Positions 1 to 9,517 of a stretch of 33,696 nucleotides of DNA are shown here, in pieces. The stretch lies in IMG/VR virus record IMGVR_UViG_3300042898_001580; one strand, 5' to 3'. The notes beneath the pieces were generated by a model. That model did not search any database. It was given only the letters and a program-made list of their open reading frames with translations, and had not been told where the DNA came from. Each line of letters opens with the position of its first letter. Position 1 is the first letter of the stretch. The translations under genes were made by a program, and so were the position numbers. This stretch comes from an uncultured virus (IMG/VR IMGVR_UViG_3300042898_001580). Lineage: Duplodnaviria; Heunggongvirae; Uroviricota; Caudoviricetes; Crassvirales.

Positions 1-212
1 TCAACTTGAGGCCCATCATTTTTTCCAGTTAATTCTCTGATGTTTAATTGAGTAGTAAATAAACTATCTAATACTTCATAAACATTCTTTTTTGGTTCTA
101 CTTTAGGTACTACAATCTTAGATGAATCTAAGTTAAAAGAGCTAAGGTTATTAGCAAGAACATTAGAATGTATTTGGAGACCACAAAGAAGGATAATAAG
201 GTAATTTGCCAT
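1..212 (-). CDS. Putative endolysin / CHAP-like cell-wall hydrolase, N-terminal part (runs off the window); not in ORF track
   Basis: Manual translation from ATG at 212: MANYLIILLCGLQIHSNVLA...QLNIRELTGKNDGPQVE. It has a hydrophobic signal-like N-terminus, and the RE-TGxNDGPxVE motif resembles Bacteroidota CHAP-type peptidoglycan hydrolases. It follows two membrane-protein genes. Confidence 0.6.
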   Translation of the reverse strand, partial: MANYLIILLCGLQIHSNVLANNLSSFNLDSSKIVVPKVEPKKNVYEVLDSLFTTQLNIRELTGKNDGPQV

Positions 213-517
213 ACAGGTAATTTAGTATAATCTAATTCTAAAAATGTTTTATATAAATTAGGGTGGTTTAATTTAAAACCAATATACGCTAAACAGTTTA
301 ATGCTAACCCTATAATTGCTACAAGTACTACTGTTTGTACTACTCCCCAATCCCAACTAGCTGCTGTTGGATCTACCATATACAGTAAATGAGGGCTGTA
401 ATAAAAACTTACTAAAACTATAGGTAATCCAAATATTTCAGGAAACTGCCTTACAAGTTCTTTGGCTTTCATTACTTGTTCTACTAACCACCAACTAGCT
501 TTTTCTTTTCTGCTCAT
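128..517 (-). CDS. Multi-pass membrane protein, holin-like / lysis-associated
   Basis: ORF track 128..553; likely start MSRKEK at 517. Three hydrophobic segments; overlaps the putative endolysin gene. Confidence 0.5.
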   Translation of the reverse strand: MSRKEKASWWLVEQVMKAKELVRQFPEIFGLPIVLVSFYYSPHLLYMVDPTAASWDWGVVQTVVLVAIIGLALNCLAYIGFKLNHPNLYKTFLELDYTKLPVWQITLLSFFVVSKYILMFLLITLALLT

Positions 518-761
518 TTCTATATTTTTTAATATAAGCTTTAAACTCATCAATAGCCCATTTACCTATTCCACCGAATATTCCACCAACAATAGCATAT
601 AGAGCGACAAGTAGCACTTTCTGTAAAATTGTTTCTAGGTTAATTTCTTGTTCTTGTGTAACAACATGTTTAACTCCTGCACCTATTCCTACTGTAGCAC
701 CACAGAGTCTTTCAAAGTTTTCGTGGATATATATACTTATTTCGTCAAGTAAATGTTTCAT
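495..761 (-). CDS. Small membrane protein, putative holin
   Basis: 88 aa, hydrophobic segment VLLVALYAIVGGIFGGIG, basic C-terminal tail, lysis-cassette position. Confidence 0.5.
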   Translation of the reverse strand: MKHLLDEISIYIHENFERLCGATVGIGAGVKHVVTQEQEINLETILQKVLLVALYAIVGGIFGGIGKWAIDEFKAYIKKYRNEQKRKS

Positions 762-779
762 TACATTAATTATTTTTGG

Positions 780-1424
780 TTAGATTGCTGTTACTGTTAA
801 TGTACCTCCATTAGCTACAGTAACTCTGTATCTAGTAGCATCAGGACTTTCTAATATAAGCCCATTGGTGTTTCCTATTACTTCTATATCTCCATCATCT
901 AATGTTAATAATGAAGTAGGAGCAGCTGTACCTATACCTACATTTCCATCAGCTTTAACTACTAATTTATTGTTGTATATATTTACATCTTCATTTAAAT
1001 ATATGTTTCCTGTTACAACTCCTGCTGCAAATGTTCTAATATCTATATCACTGCCGCCTCCAAAATACTCTGCGTAATTATCTGGATCTTCAGATGTTTT
1101 TAAACTAATCTGATTAGTTGCTCCGCTTAATCCTAACATTAATATATTGTTACTTTTAGCCACAAACGGTTGTGCATCTGTAGTACCAATAAAGTTAGTA
1201 GTATAATCAGTTCCTGCATTACCTGTTAGTCCCCAACCACCGCTTGAAGATATTACTCCTAAAGATACAAGAGCATTAATATAATCTGTAGAACTAGTAA
1301 CCCATTCTTGTTCAGTTCTTGGATCTCTTAGAATTATCTGTACATCTGAACCTATAGTTTCTATAGTATTCTGAGTTTGTACCTGGGTTACCCCATTCCA
1401 TTTAATACCTGACTTATTTCCCAT
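780..1424 (-). CDS. Tail fibre/spike-associated structural protein
   Basis: WGLTGNAGT...FIGTTDAQP and GNVGIGTAAP motifs typical of Bacteroidota and phage fibre proteins; C-terminal LILESPDATRYRVTVANGGTL. Confidence 0.6.
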   Translation of the reverse strand: MGNKSGIKWNGVTQVQTQNTIETIGSDVQIILRDPRTEQEWVTSSTDYINALVSLGVISSSGGWGLTGNAGTDYTTNFIGTTDAQPFVAKSNNILMLGLSGATNQISLKTSEDPDNYAEYFGGGSDIDIRTFAAGVVTGNIYLNEDVNIYNNKLVVKADGNVGIGTAAPTSLLTLDDGDIEVIGNTNGLILESPDATRYRVTVANGGTLTVTAI

Positions 1425-1762
1425 TATACGTAGTAAGTTATTTTGATTGAGCTTGTACCACCTGTAACTTCAATTATTGAAAACTTAGATATTGCTACTG
1501 AACCTACTATTTCTAGTATTTGAGTATTAGCTAATAAATGCCCTACAGTTGTAGTTGCTGTAGTTCCATCTAAAGTGTATCTAAGAGTTACACCTGTTTC
1601 TACAGTAATATGAGCTGCTACAGCTCCTTCAGGTATATCAGGTAAGCTTTTTGCTGTTCCTGTTACTGCTAAAGATTTATATAATGTTGGTACTAGTTGT
1701 TTACCTAGTAATGTGATTAGTGATACTAATCCTTGTGAGTTACCTCCTAGCTGCAATTGCAT
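1424..1762 (-). CDS. Hypothetical virion protein (beta-rich)
   Basis: 112 aa, LRYTLDGTTATTTVG motif, translationally coupled within the structural operon. Confidence 0.5.
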   Translation of the reverse strand: MQLQLGGNSQGLVSLITLLGKQLVPTLYKSLAVTGTAKSLPDIPEGAVAAHITVETGVTLRYTLDGTTATTTVGHLLANTQILEIVGSVAISKFSIIEVTGGTSSIKITYYV

Positions 1763-2316
1763 TCTCCTGTTAGTTTTTTAGCGTGATTAATAATTGCACA
1801 TACTTGTTCTTGCGTTATGCAATTCCATATATCTAATATATGTTCATACGAATCTTCCATATTTGTAGTTACAGTAATATCTTCAGATTCTGTTACAGTT
1901 GTAGTAGTACCAAAACCAAGAGAAGTATCGTAACTATAAATATACAATGCTCCTTGATGGGTAAATCCTTCAAACGCATAAGTAGTATTTGCTAGTATTT
2001 CTTGTAAAAAGTAGTTTGTTATTTCAAATCTTTGGCCTGTACCACTATATGAAAATGTTTCTGTACCTATAGTAATATCTATAGTTACTGCATCATCATT
2101 GTTCTTTGTAAAAATAAAGTTATATGCGTATGTAACTGTAGCGTTAAATGTCTTGTAACAATAAAGTAAAGGAAGGTAACTAGCAACTATTCTCATTGCT
2201 GTAACCCTCTCTAAACATGTTCTACCAATAGACAATGCCTGTGATTGTTTGTATGCTAAATCAGCAAACTTACATTGGATGTCATTGATATGTATATTTT
2301 TACAAGTTGTGGTCAT
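1747..2316 (-). CDS. Hypothetical virion protein with Cys-rich termini
   Basis: 189-aa ORF, TAATG coupling to the upstream fibre gene, ends ECNCS. Confidence 0.55.
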   Translation of the reverse strand: MTTTCKNIHINDIQCKFADLAYKQSQALSIGRTCLERVTAMRIVASYLPLLYCYKTFNATVTYAYNFIFTKNNDDAVTIDITIGTETFSYSGTGQRFEITNYFLQEILANTTYAFEGFTHQGALYIYSYDTSLGFGTTTTVTESEDITVTTNMEDSYEHILDIWNCITQEQVCAIINHAKKLTGECNCS

Positions 2317-3854
2317 TATGCTGCGTATTTTATTTCATCAATATATACAGTAGCATGCCAGTAAATAGTTTTATTAGCTTGCCCTGTTACTTGTACTAAC
2401 AAGGCATCTAGTCCACTATCAGGTGTTAAATCTAAAGCCCAAGTAGTTGCTCCAGCATTAGCTGCTTGATATGCAGGAGTAGAACTTACTACACCTGTAT
2501 TATCCATATATAAAGGAGTACCTACTAAAGAAAGAGTTCCTGAAATATTCTTTATTGTACACCAAGCATCGAATGTAATTACATCTCCTACTGTACCAGT
2601 ACCTCCACCTTGTTGTACACCTGTTACTTTTACATAACAATTAGCTACTGAATTAGCAGCTATTGAAATATAATAAGCTACCCCATCTAATAATAAAGTA
2701 GTTTTAGTAGCATCAGTAGTTATAACTAAACATTGCACTATAGAGTTTTGTGCAAATAATGTTCCTCCAAAACTAGAAGAACTATGTGATTTAGAACCTA
2801 CTCTAAAAGCATTTGCTTGTGACCCAGTAGCTACAGAATAATCTTGTGTAGCTTCGTTATTTGCACCTAATGTTATTGCCCCAAGTCCTGATGAGATATT
2901 ATTGAACCCTATTGAGGCAGAATAATTCCCTGTTGAGTCATTATCATAGCCTATAGCTGTAGAATAAGTAGCTGTTGCAGTATTTATACCTCCAATAGTT
3001 GTTGATCCTGTAGCACTTGCTGTATTATTAGTACCTACTATTAAGGCATAGTCTGCTGTTGCAGTATTAGTATCCCCTGAAACTAATATGTAATCGCCTG
3101 TTAAAGTATTACCACTACCTAAATCAGTGTTATAATCTCCACTAGAAGTAGAAGTAGCTCCTAGCTTCTTTACAGATTTTACACCTGTTGATTCCCATAA
3201 CCCTGGTTGGCTACTTATAAATTGGCTATCCCATGTAGAACCATTCCATTTAGCGACTACTATGAAGTTACCTGCTAGTGCATCACCTGCATCTATGGTA
3301 AGTCCAAATATAGATAGTGTATTACTATTTAAATCTAGCGTAGAGTTCCATACAATCCAAAACTCTTGTCCTGAAGTAGTTGCTGTACCTGTAATAGTTA
3401 AGTTACCTATAAGTGTTTGAGAACCTGTAAATTGCTGCCATTTTTTATTTATGTTAGCATTGAAGGTAATTGTGCCACTAGTAGGGGTAGCTTGACTTTC
3501 TATACCTTCGTATATTGAAGGTAAGTTAGTGTTGTTTAGAACTACTGTTACTACCCAAGCAGCTGCTACAATATCATATACTACTGTTATAAGTAAATTA
3601 CTTTGTGCTTCCTGTTCAGTTAAAGTTCTTCCAAAAATAGTAAAGTCATAACCATTTAAAGTTATAGCTCCTGTTTTTATAATGTTAAAACTCAAAGTAT
3701 TTGCAGGAGAGCTTGAAGGAGCTATTGTATAATTAGCTAGTAAAGAACCTGTATTATAAAATACATAGCAGTTGTATAAAAGATCAGTATCTAAAGTAGC
3801 CGTAGCTCCATTAAGATCAATTTGAGTATATGAAGTATTTAGTGCTTGTGCCAT
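2316..3854 (-). CDS. Tail fibre / receptor-binding protein with YadA-head-like (Hep_Hag) repeats
   Basis: 512 aa, Thr/Ser/Gly-rich, with ~14-aa repeats (NTATADYALIVG, NTATATYSTAIG, NEATQDYSVATG) and a duplicated N-terminal module (LNGYDFTIFG / LNSNTLSIFG). Confidence 0.7.
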   Translation of the reverse strand: MAQALNTSYTQIDLNGATATLDTDLLYNCYVFYNTGSLLANYTIAPSSSPANTLSFNIIKTGAITLNGYDFTIFGRTLTEQEAQSNLLITVVYDIVAAAWVVTVVLNNTNLPSIYEGIESQATPTSGTITFNANINKKWQQFTGSQTLIGNLTITGTATTSGQEFWIVWNSTLDLNSNTLSIFGLTIDAGDALAGNFIVVAKWNGSTWDSQFISSQPGLWESTGVKSVKKLGATSTSSGDYNTDLGSGNTLTGDYILVSGDTNTATADYALIVGTNNTASATGSTTIGGINTATATYSTAIGYDNDSTGNYSASIGFNNISSGLGAITLGANNEATQDYSVATGSQANAFRVGSKSHSSSSFGGTLFAQNSIVQCLVITTDATKTTLLLDGVAYYISIAANSVANCYVKVTGVQQGGGTGTVGDVITFDAWCTIKNISGTLSLVGTPLYMDNTGVVSSTPAYQAANAGATTWALDLTPDSGLDALLVQVTGQANKTIYWHATVYIDEIKYAA

Positions 3855-4690
3855 TATTTTATAGATTGAATTGATTGCCAGCCTAAAGTAGCTGCTACAT
3901 CAGAATTTACTTGGAAATCTACACTTAAAGGATAGCTACCTGAATTATCTAAATCAGGTACAGAAAGTGTACCTATTGAAGACCAATCAAAAGTAGTTGT
4001 TTGTCCAGCAGGTACAATTTCTCCGTTATACTGTTTAGCCATAAAAACTATTGTAGTATTTGTTACTCTTATGATTTTTATTTCAAATGTAACTCTTGTT
4101 ATTGCTGAGTAAGTAATTTTAGGAGTAGTTAGTAATGCTGTACCATCTAATCTAAATTTAAAATAAGTATCATTACTTAAAGAAGCTCCTGTAAATATAA
4201 AACCTGTTACATTTACTTCATCTCCATCTTGAGCTAAAGCATAGTCAGTATAATTTATATTTTGATAGCTACTTCCAAATAATTGATATGATCCTGTTCC
4301 TGCTGTAGCATTAAAGTAGTTAAATTGTAGTCTTCCACCTTGTGAAGAGGCAACTCCTGCTGGAGACACTTGTTGTCCACTTGCAACTGTTGTACCTGGA
4401 GCTGTATTACCTGTTGTACCTGTATTAGTAACTACTATCGATGTAGTAGTTGAACTAACTACAGTATAATAACCTGCATTCTCAATATATATTGATTGGC
4501 CTGGTACTGCCCAAGAACCTGTAGAAGGATTACTATTAGATACTGCTAAAGTTACATTAGCCCCTATTGCAGGTACAATAAACTGTGCAGTAGTAGTAGT
4601 AAAGGCATTTAATCCATTTACTCCATTTGGGCCTACTATAGAAGGTATAGTTATTTGGTCACATGAACAATTGCAATTTCCTGAACACAT
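3854..4690 (-). CDS. Fibre-like structural protein
   Basis: Likely start MCSGNCNCSC at 4690 (TAATG overlap), short G-X-Y stretch GPNGVNGLN, Thr-rich beta region. Confidence 0.6.
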   Translation of the reverse strand: MCSGNCNCSCDQITIPSIVGPNGVNGLNAFTTTTAQFIVPAIGANVTLAVSNSNPSTGSWAVPGQSIYIENAGYYTVVSSTTTSIVVTNTGTTGNTAPGTTVASGQQVSPAGVASSQGGRLQFNYFNATAGTGSYQLFGSSYQNINYTDYALAQDGDEVNVTGFIFTGASLSNDTYFKFRLDGTALLTTPKITYSAITRVTFEIKIIRVTNTTIVFMAKQYNGEIVPAGQTTTFDWSSIGTLSVPDLDNSGSYPLSVDFQVNSDVAATLGWQSIQSIK

Positions 4691-5277
4691 TAGCAGCAAG
4701 TTTTATTATAAAAATTACAAATCTTTTTAGCTTGTTCCACAAGTTTTTGAGTTTCTGTAAACTTTCCACAAGAGAAGGCAGATTTAGAAGCAGATAGTAA
4801 AAAGGCATTAGCCATTTCTACATTATTAATAAATGTTAGGTCAGTCATTCTGTTAGGAATTTCTGCTAACAATTTGTCTACACAACAACGTGTTTGACAA
4901 AATAAATACGTTTTATAAGATGAAGTGTATGTATCACTACCATCTACTATAGTATAAGTAAAAGTATAAATACCATCAGGTAGTTTACCTGTAGTACCTA
5001 AGTCAGTAGCACTGTATGTGCCTAAATTAAATATACTTTGATAGTTTAATATAGTTGCAGAAGTAACTGAAGCAGTTACATCTAAATCTACAGCAGTAGT
5101 TGTATTAGGTAATAATACACTTACTGTAGCAGAAGTAATAGTTGAGTTGGTAGGATTACTACCCCCATTCCATCCATCTGGATTGAGGGTAGAATCATAC
5201 AAACCTCTTGAATCAGTCAGAAGTACGTCTGAGCAGTGATTCTTTTCACATATACTCAGGCTTGGAGTATATGCCAT
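4690..5277 (-). CDS. Conserved crAss-like tail (hub-like) protein
   Basis: LPDGIYTFTY motif, Cys-rich C-terminus; syntenic position after the auxiliary capsid-like gene. Confidence 0.5.
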   Translation of the reverse strand: MAYTPSLSICEKNHCSDVLLTDSRGLYDSTLNPDGWNGGSNPTNSTITSATVSVLLPNTTTAVDLDVTASVTSATILNYQSIFNLGTYSATDLGTTGKLPDGIYTFTYTIVDGSDTYTSSYKTYLFCQTRCCVDKLLAEIPNRMTDLTFINNVEMANAFLLSASKSAFSCGKFTETQKLVEQAKKICNFYNKTCC

Positions 5278-6593
5278 TATATATTGCTAGGTACTTGTGA
5301 AAGTAAAGTAGTTTGAGCTGTAACAAAAGCATCAATTACTGTAGCTACACCTGAAGGCCCTACAATGTTAGTATCAAAAGTATTTGCTACGTTATTATCC
5401 AAAGCACAAGCAATCTCAATATTAGCTACAAAGTTGTTAGGAGTAAGTTCACCATTTAAACCACGACCTACACGAGTGCCAATGTTTAAAGTAGAGTAAT
5501 CTTGTCCTGTTACTGTAGTAGTAAGAGGCTTGTCGTATGGGTATATTGCATAACCATAGAAATCACCTGCATTACGAGAGCTATCAGCTTGTTGAGTAGT
5601 AATAAGAGCATAAGTACCATGACCGTAAGTAGCAATTGCAGTAGTACTTACAGTAGTTGAGCTAGCTGCACCTTGTGAGTTAGAAATACCTACATTGAAT
5701 TGAACTTTATCTACTGGACGTGAGTCAAGTACAAATGGTTGTTCAATACCTGTTAGTTTGATACCCATGTTACCTGCTAATACGTCTACGTTTGTAGCAA
5801 CTTCTACTAATGCTACGGCTATAGTTGCATCTACACCTTGGTAAGGTTGATCTAAGGTAATAGTGTTAGTAGTAGTGTTTAAAGCTGTAATACGATAAAC
5901 TGCAAATTCATTAGTAATACCTCCTACACGTAACCAAGAACCTACTGGAGTATTTGAAGGGTCAGTACCTGTATAAGTTACTGTTTTTGAGCCATAGCTA
6001 AAGGTAAGGTCAGTAGGGGCGCCAGCAATAGCAGTAGAAGCTGCGCTAGAAACACGTTCTGCAAGAATTACAGGAAGGTTAAAGAAGGCTAGTTGCCTAA
6101 CAAGGTTGTTGTACAAACCATTTACTACTTTAACTTGAGTTGCTGTAGCATCTGATTGATACCATACTGATACAGGAACATAAGAACCTTGTAGACCAGG
6201 AACAGTAATTTCTTGGAAAGTAATGGTCATTGCATAAGCATTGTTGTTCAATACTTCAACTGAACCTGTGTTAGCTACAGCATCATAACCTAGATAAGTT
6301 ACTTGTTGTTGAGCATCTTCAAAAGCTTGGCCTTTGTACTGATAAATTTCAGAAGCAGCAAATGTAGCTGTTTCAAATAAAGGTTTGGTAGCTCCACGTC
6401 CTTGTACAATTTTAATACGATCTGCTGTAAAAGCATCGGTGAAGTTTAAGATTACATTACCTGCATCTGTTACTACTACTTCACCATCTGCTAGAGATGT
6501 TGGAGAGGCTAGAGCACCAACTGTTGCTGTACGTGCAATGTCTTTTGCTACGATTAGCCTGAATTGGTCTTTAATTACACTTTGTGATTTCAT
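5277..6593 (-). CDS. Abundant virion protein, probable auxiliary capsid protein (crAss conserved structural block)
   Basis: 438 aa, highly-expressed codon bias similar to the MCP gene, downstream of MCP as in Crassvirales; function inferred from synteny. Confidence 0.55.
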   Translation of the reverse strand: MKSQSVIKDQFRLIVAKDIARTATVGALASPTSLADGEVVVTDAGNVILNFTDAFTADRIKIVQGRGATKPLFETATFAASEIYQYKGQAFEDAQQQVTYLGYDAVANTGSVEVLNNNAYAMTITFQEITVPGLQGSYVPVSVWYQSDATATQVKVVNGLYNNLVRQLAFFNLPVILAERVSSAASTAIAGAPTDLTFSYGSKTVTYTGTDPSNTPVGSWLRVGGITNEFAVYRITALNTTTNTITLDQPYQGVDATIAVALVEVATNVDVLAGNMGIKLTGIEQPFVLDSRPVDKVQFNVGISNSQGAASSTTVSTTAIATYGHGTYALITTQQADSSRNAGDFYGYAIYPYDKPLTTTVTGQDYSTLNIGTRVGRGLNGELTPNNFVANIEIACALDNNVANTFDTNIVGPSGVATVIDAFVTAQTTLLSQVPSNI

Positions 6594-6616
6594 TTTTTAT
6601 ATTTTTATATTTTTAG

Positions 6617-7036
6617 TTATAGATCAATAATTTGGAAGTCTAATTTGATTTTAGCTGTAGTACTTGCTGCACAAACAATAGCTGCACTTGCTTTAATGCT
6701 AATACCATCAGCACTTACAGGAATTGCTACTGAACCAGTTACAGCACCTGCTGAACCTGAGTATTGAATCCTATTTTGAGCATTGTCACCTAAAGCACCT
6801 GCTGATGAGTCTACGTTTAGGAATTGTGCTGCAATCGTACCAGTTGTAGCTGTGTAGTAAAGTTGTAGTTCACCTGTACCTGCTGTAGCTGCATTACCTG
6901 CTGTTTTCCATAGTTGTGCGCCTATCAATACTATTGCTTTACCTGCTACAGGTGGCTCTAGTAATTCGATTGCTGTTGAATCTAAAGCATCAATTTGGGC
7001 TTTAGTTAAAGTAATTGTTCTTGAAATTGTTCTCAT
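6617..7036 (-). CDS. Small virion (decoration/head-fibre-like) protein
   Basis: Likely start MRTISRT at 7036 after an A-rich leader; Ala/Thr-rich beta protein. Confidence 0.5.
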   Translation of the reverse strand: MRTISRTITLTKAQIDALDSTAIELLEPPVAGKAIVLIGAQLWKTAGNAATAGTGELQLYYTATTGTIAAQFLNVDSSAGALGDNAQNRIQYSGSAGAVTGSVAIPVSADGISIKASAAIVCAASTTAKIKLDFQIIDL

Positions 7037-7055
7037 TTTTCTTTTTTTTAATTTC

Positions 7056-7610
7056 TTATAAGATTGTATAATGAATTTTAATTGCTGCATTAAAAGCTGC
7101 ACTTGCATCTACATTCTTTACTGTTACAGTAATTTTGTTTGTATCTGCTTTAGCTGAAGCTACTGCAAAACCAGTAGAGGAATTTTGATCTACAGTAAGT
7201 AAAGGTACGTTCGTAGCTGCTAACCCTGTTAGAGTTACATCAAAAGAGAAAGAAGCATTAGCTGCATCTGTAAGAGCAAATGTAGTTATTGTACCTGTAC
7301 GTGTAGTAATAGGCACTGCTGTAGTTTTGCTAGTTCCTTGTGTGTAAGCTGCTTTGGTTGGAGATACATAACCATCTTTAAGTAGAACTGAATCTACAGT
7401 TACTCCTGAACCTGCTGTGTATTCTGATACTATATCAGCTTTTACAGTTCCTGTTGTGGTTGATATATCATTTACTGCTGTAGCTAGATTACCTAAATCT
7501 GTTACTACATCATTGTAAACATTTGCACGCACAATACCAGATTCTGTTTGACCTAGTGGTTGTGGGTTATTTGCTCTTGTTATTTCTTGGGCTGTAATTG
7601 TTACGCTCAT
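7056..7610 (-). CDS. Virion decoration / head-fibre-like protein
   Basis: 184 aa, TQGTSKTTAV motif, Thr/Ala-rich. Confidence 0.5.
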   Translation of the reverse strand: MSVTITAQEITRANNPQPLGQTESGIVRANVYNDVVTDLGNLATAVNDISTTTGTVKADIVSEYTAGSGVTVDSVLLKDGYVSPTKAAYTQGTSKTTAVPITTRTGTITTFALTDAANASFSFDVTLTGLAATNVPLLTVDQNSSTGFAVASAKADTNKITVTVKNVDASAAFNAAIKIHYTIL

Positions 7611-7642
7611 TGTTTGTTTTGTTTTAGCCTTTATACTTAAAT

Positions 7643-8476
7643 TTATTCAACTTGTTGCATATTTGGAATAATTTGTGTATTTGGTTGATTCAAGGCTTCT
7701 TTAGCCATATCAACTGCAATACCAATTATTGCCAAGTGAGTAGAATAATCTAGCTCACAATTTCTTTGTAGTGTAGGATTAGTAATATCTACAACTATTT
7801 GTTTAGGTATCTTTAGAAACCTAAGTTTGTAATCAGTAATAGTAAATTGTCCATTTGTAATTAGTTCATGCCTCTTTGGAGTTTGTCCTACAAGGAATGA
7901 ATAACCATCTGTTACTAATGGATTGTAAGTTGGGTTGGTAGTAGTAGAAGCTCCATATGCTGAGTCATTCCTTTGATAGGCTACTCTCCATGCTGTACCT
8001 TCATTGCCATTCCAGTAAGGTCTTTTAAAAGGATTTACAGAGTTTCTTTTTATCTCATCATGCCTTACTACATCTACAGTTAGTATTCCATAATCATTTG
8101 TTGAGCAATCTATTTTATCAATAGTTACATCTTCATATATGGCATACATAAAGTTCTGAGGTAAATCCCAGAATGTTCCTTGCAGATTGTAATTAGAAAA
8201 TACACCTTGTTGGTCTGAAGATACTGTTGTAGTGCCTATAGAATTAAAGGGGTCATCAGAATCAGTTATTAACCCTGATAACCCCTGCATTCTTACCTCT
8301 GTTTCCTCTAAGCCTTCTTTCTTTAGATTGAGTGTGCTTATACGAGTTTGAACAAAGTGCAACTGAGCGTTGGTGAAGAGAATGGATAACTGTGCATCCT
8401 CAATGTCTGGTGCTCCATTAGATGTTATCTTTTCGTATTCAACTACAAAAATATCTCTCCACTCGTTTGCTGTCAT
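7643..8476 (-). CDS. Tail ring / head-tail adaptor protein (crAss conserved block)
   Basis: N-terminal LSILFTNAQ and C-terminal CELDYSTHLAIIGIAV motifs resemble crAss ring proteins; synteny after MCP. Confidence 0.6.
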   Translation of the reverse strand: MTANEWRDIFVVEYEKITSNGAPDIEDAQLSILFTNAQLHFVQTRISTLNLKKEGLEETEVRMQGLSGLITDSDDPFNSIGTTTVSSDQQGVFSNYNLQGTFWDLPQNFMYAIYEDVTIDKIDCSTNDYGILTVDVVRHDEIKRNSVNPFKRPYWNGNEGTAWRVAYQRNDSAYGASTTTNPTYNPLVTDGYSFLVGQTPKRHELITNGQFTITDYKLRFLKIPKQIVVDITNPTLQRNCELDYSTHLAIIGIAVDMAKEALNQPNTQIIPNMQQVE

Positions 8477-8479
8477 GCT

Positions 8480-9457
8480 CTACTTATCTTGTATTTCTTT
8501 TTCAATTCTATTAAGGAAGTTTACATCTTCTTTGCATTTACCTATAATGTCCATGATAGTACCTAGTGGCTCATCATTAACTGTTTTGTAGGTAGTTTTA
8601 GTTGCATAAAGAATGTAACCAACTTCAATAGCTTTATAAATCTTAGTCTTTAGTAAGAAGAAAGGATCTTTATGTACATTAAAGAACTCATCAGGTTTTT
8701 CTGTTGCCAGTTCACCTACATAAGTTTCTAGTGTAGCTAAAGAGGTTGCTTTGTTAAGTTTCTTAAGCGGGTTATGTACAACAATAAAATTACGTAGTTT
8801 ATTTTCTTGACCTACATATTCTGTTGCATATAACTGTATTGCTTTAGTACGTTTATCAAGCAATTCTTTCTTGTTGTCAAATTGACGATTTTCATCAACT
8901 ATGGCAAACTTATAAGTAGGACGATCAAACCTGTCTTCCCAATTTGGTGCAATATACTTTCTGTTTGCATAAGCAATCTTAGCTTTAAGACAATCTTCTA
9001 CACGTGTTAGGTCTAGTTCTATACCATTCTTAGGAATGTCAAGAGTAAAAGCCCTTTGTGAATCACGAGTAACAGGGTCTGTATAAGCTTTCCAAAAGTT
9101 ATTGTTCTTTGCATTTGTAGCTAAATCTAAATTCTTTTCTTTTGAGAAAAACTCTAGTTCAGTCATTTCCTGATTGTATTCAGGTACAAAGTTCTTAGTA
9201 GTAGTATCAAATACTTTTACTAATTGACCTGTTTTACCATCAATAGGTAAATCAAGTTTATACGTTTGATTGTCCATCATAAAACCTTGAGGTAGTTCAG
9301 AAATAGTCTGACCTTCAAACTTCAAGGAATTGATAGCTTTGATTTTAAGCTTCTTAGGCTTAAGATACGGGTGAAGACCATTTGCAACAATCTGTTCAAA
9401 TGACATGCCTTCTGTTTTATCAGCAGGAGCTGATTTTGTTTTTGTTTCTTTTTCCAT
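8480..9457 (-). CDS. Conserved crAss-like protein immediately downstream of MCP
   Basis: 325 aa, NNNFW and LDLTRVED...IAP motifs, synteny. Confidence 0.6.
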   Translation of the reverse strand: MEKETKTKSAPADKTEGMSFEQIVANGLHPYLKPKKLKIKAINSLKFEGQTISELPQGFMMDNQTYKLDLPIDGKTGQLVKVFDTTTKNFVPEYNQEMTELEFFSKEKNLDLATNAKNNNFWKAYTDPVTRDSQRAFTLDIPKNGIELDLTRVEDCLKAKIAYANRKYIAPNWEDRFDRPTYKFAIVDENRQFDNKKELLDKRTKAIQLYATEYVGQENKLRNFIVVHNPLKKLNKATSLATLETYVGELATEKPDEFFNVHKDPFFLLKTKIYKAIEVGYILYATKTTYKTVNDEPLGTIMDIIGKCKEDVNFLNRIEKEIQDK

Positions 9458-9464
9458 AAAAATA

Positions 9465-9505
9465 ATTTTGGGGCTAATATACGAAATTTATACTAGCCCC
9501 AAAAT
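9465..9505 (-). terminator. 12-bp inverted repeat after MCP, overlapping a promoter-like motif
   Basis: ATTTTGGGGCTA (9465-9476) / TAGCCCCAAAAT (9494-9505), followed by a U-rich tract on the minus strand. Confidence 0.6.
9473..9503 (-). promoter_or_regulatory. Bacteroidota sigma70-like promoter (TTTG..TATATTAG)
   Basis: Minus-strand TTTCGTATATTAGC, one mismatch to the -7 consensus TAnnTTTG, with TTTG 18 nt upstream. Confidence 0.5.
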
Positions 9506-9517
9506 GTTTAATTAAAT

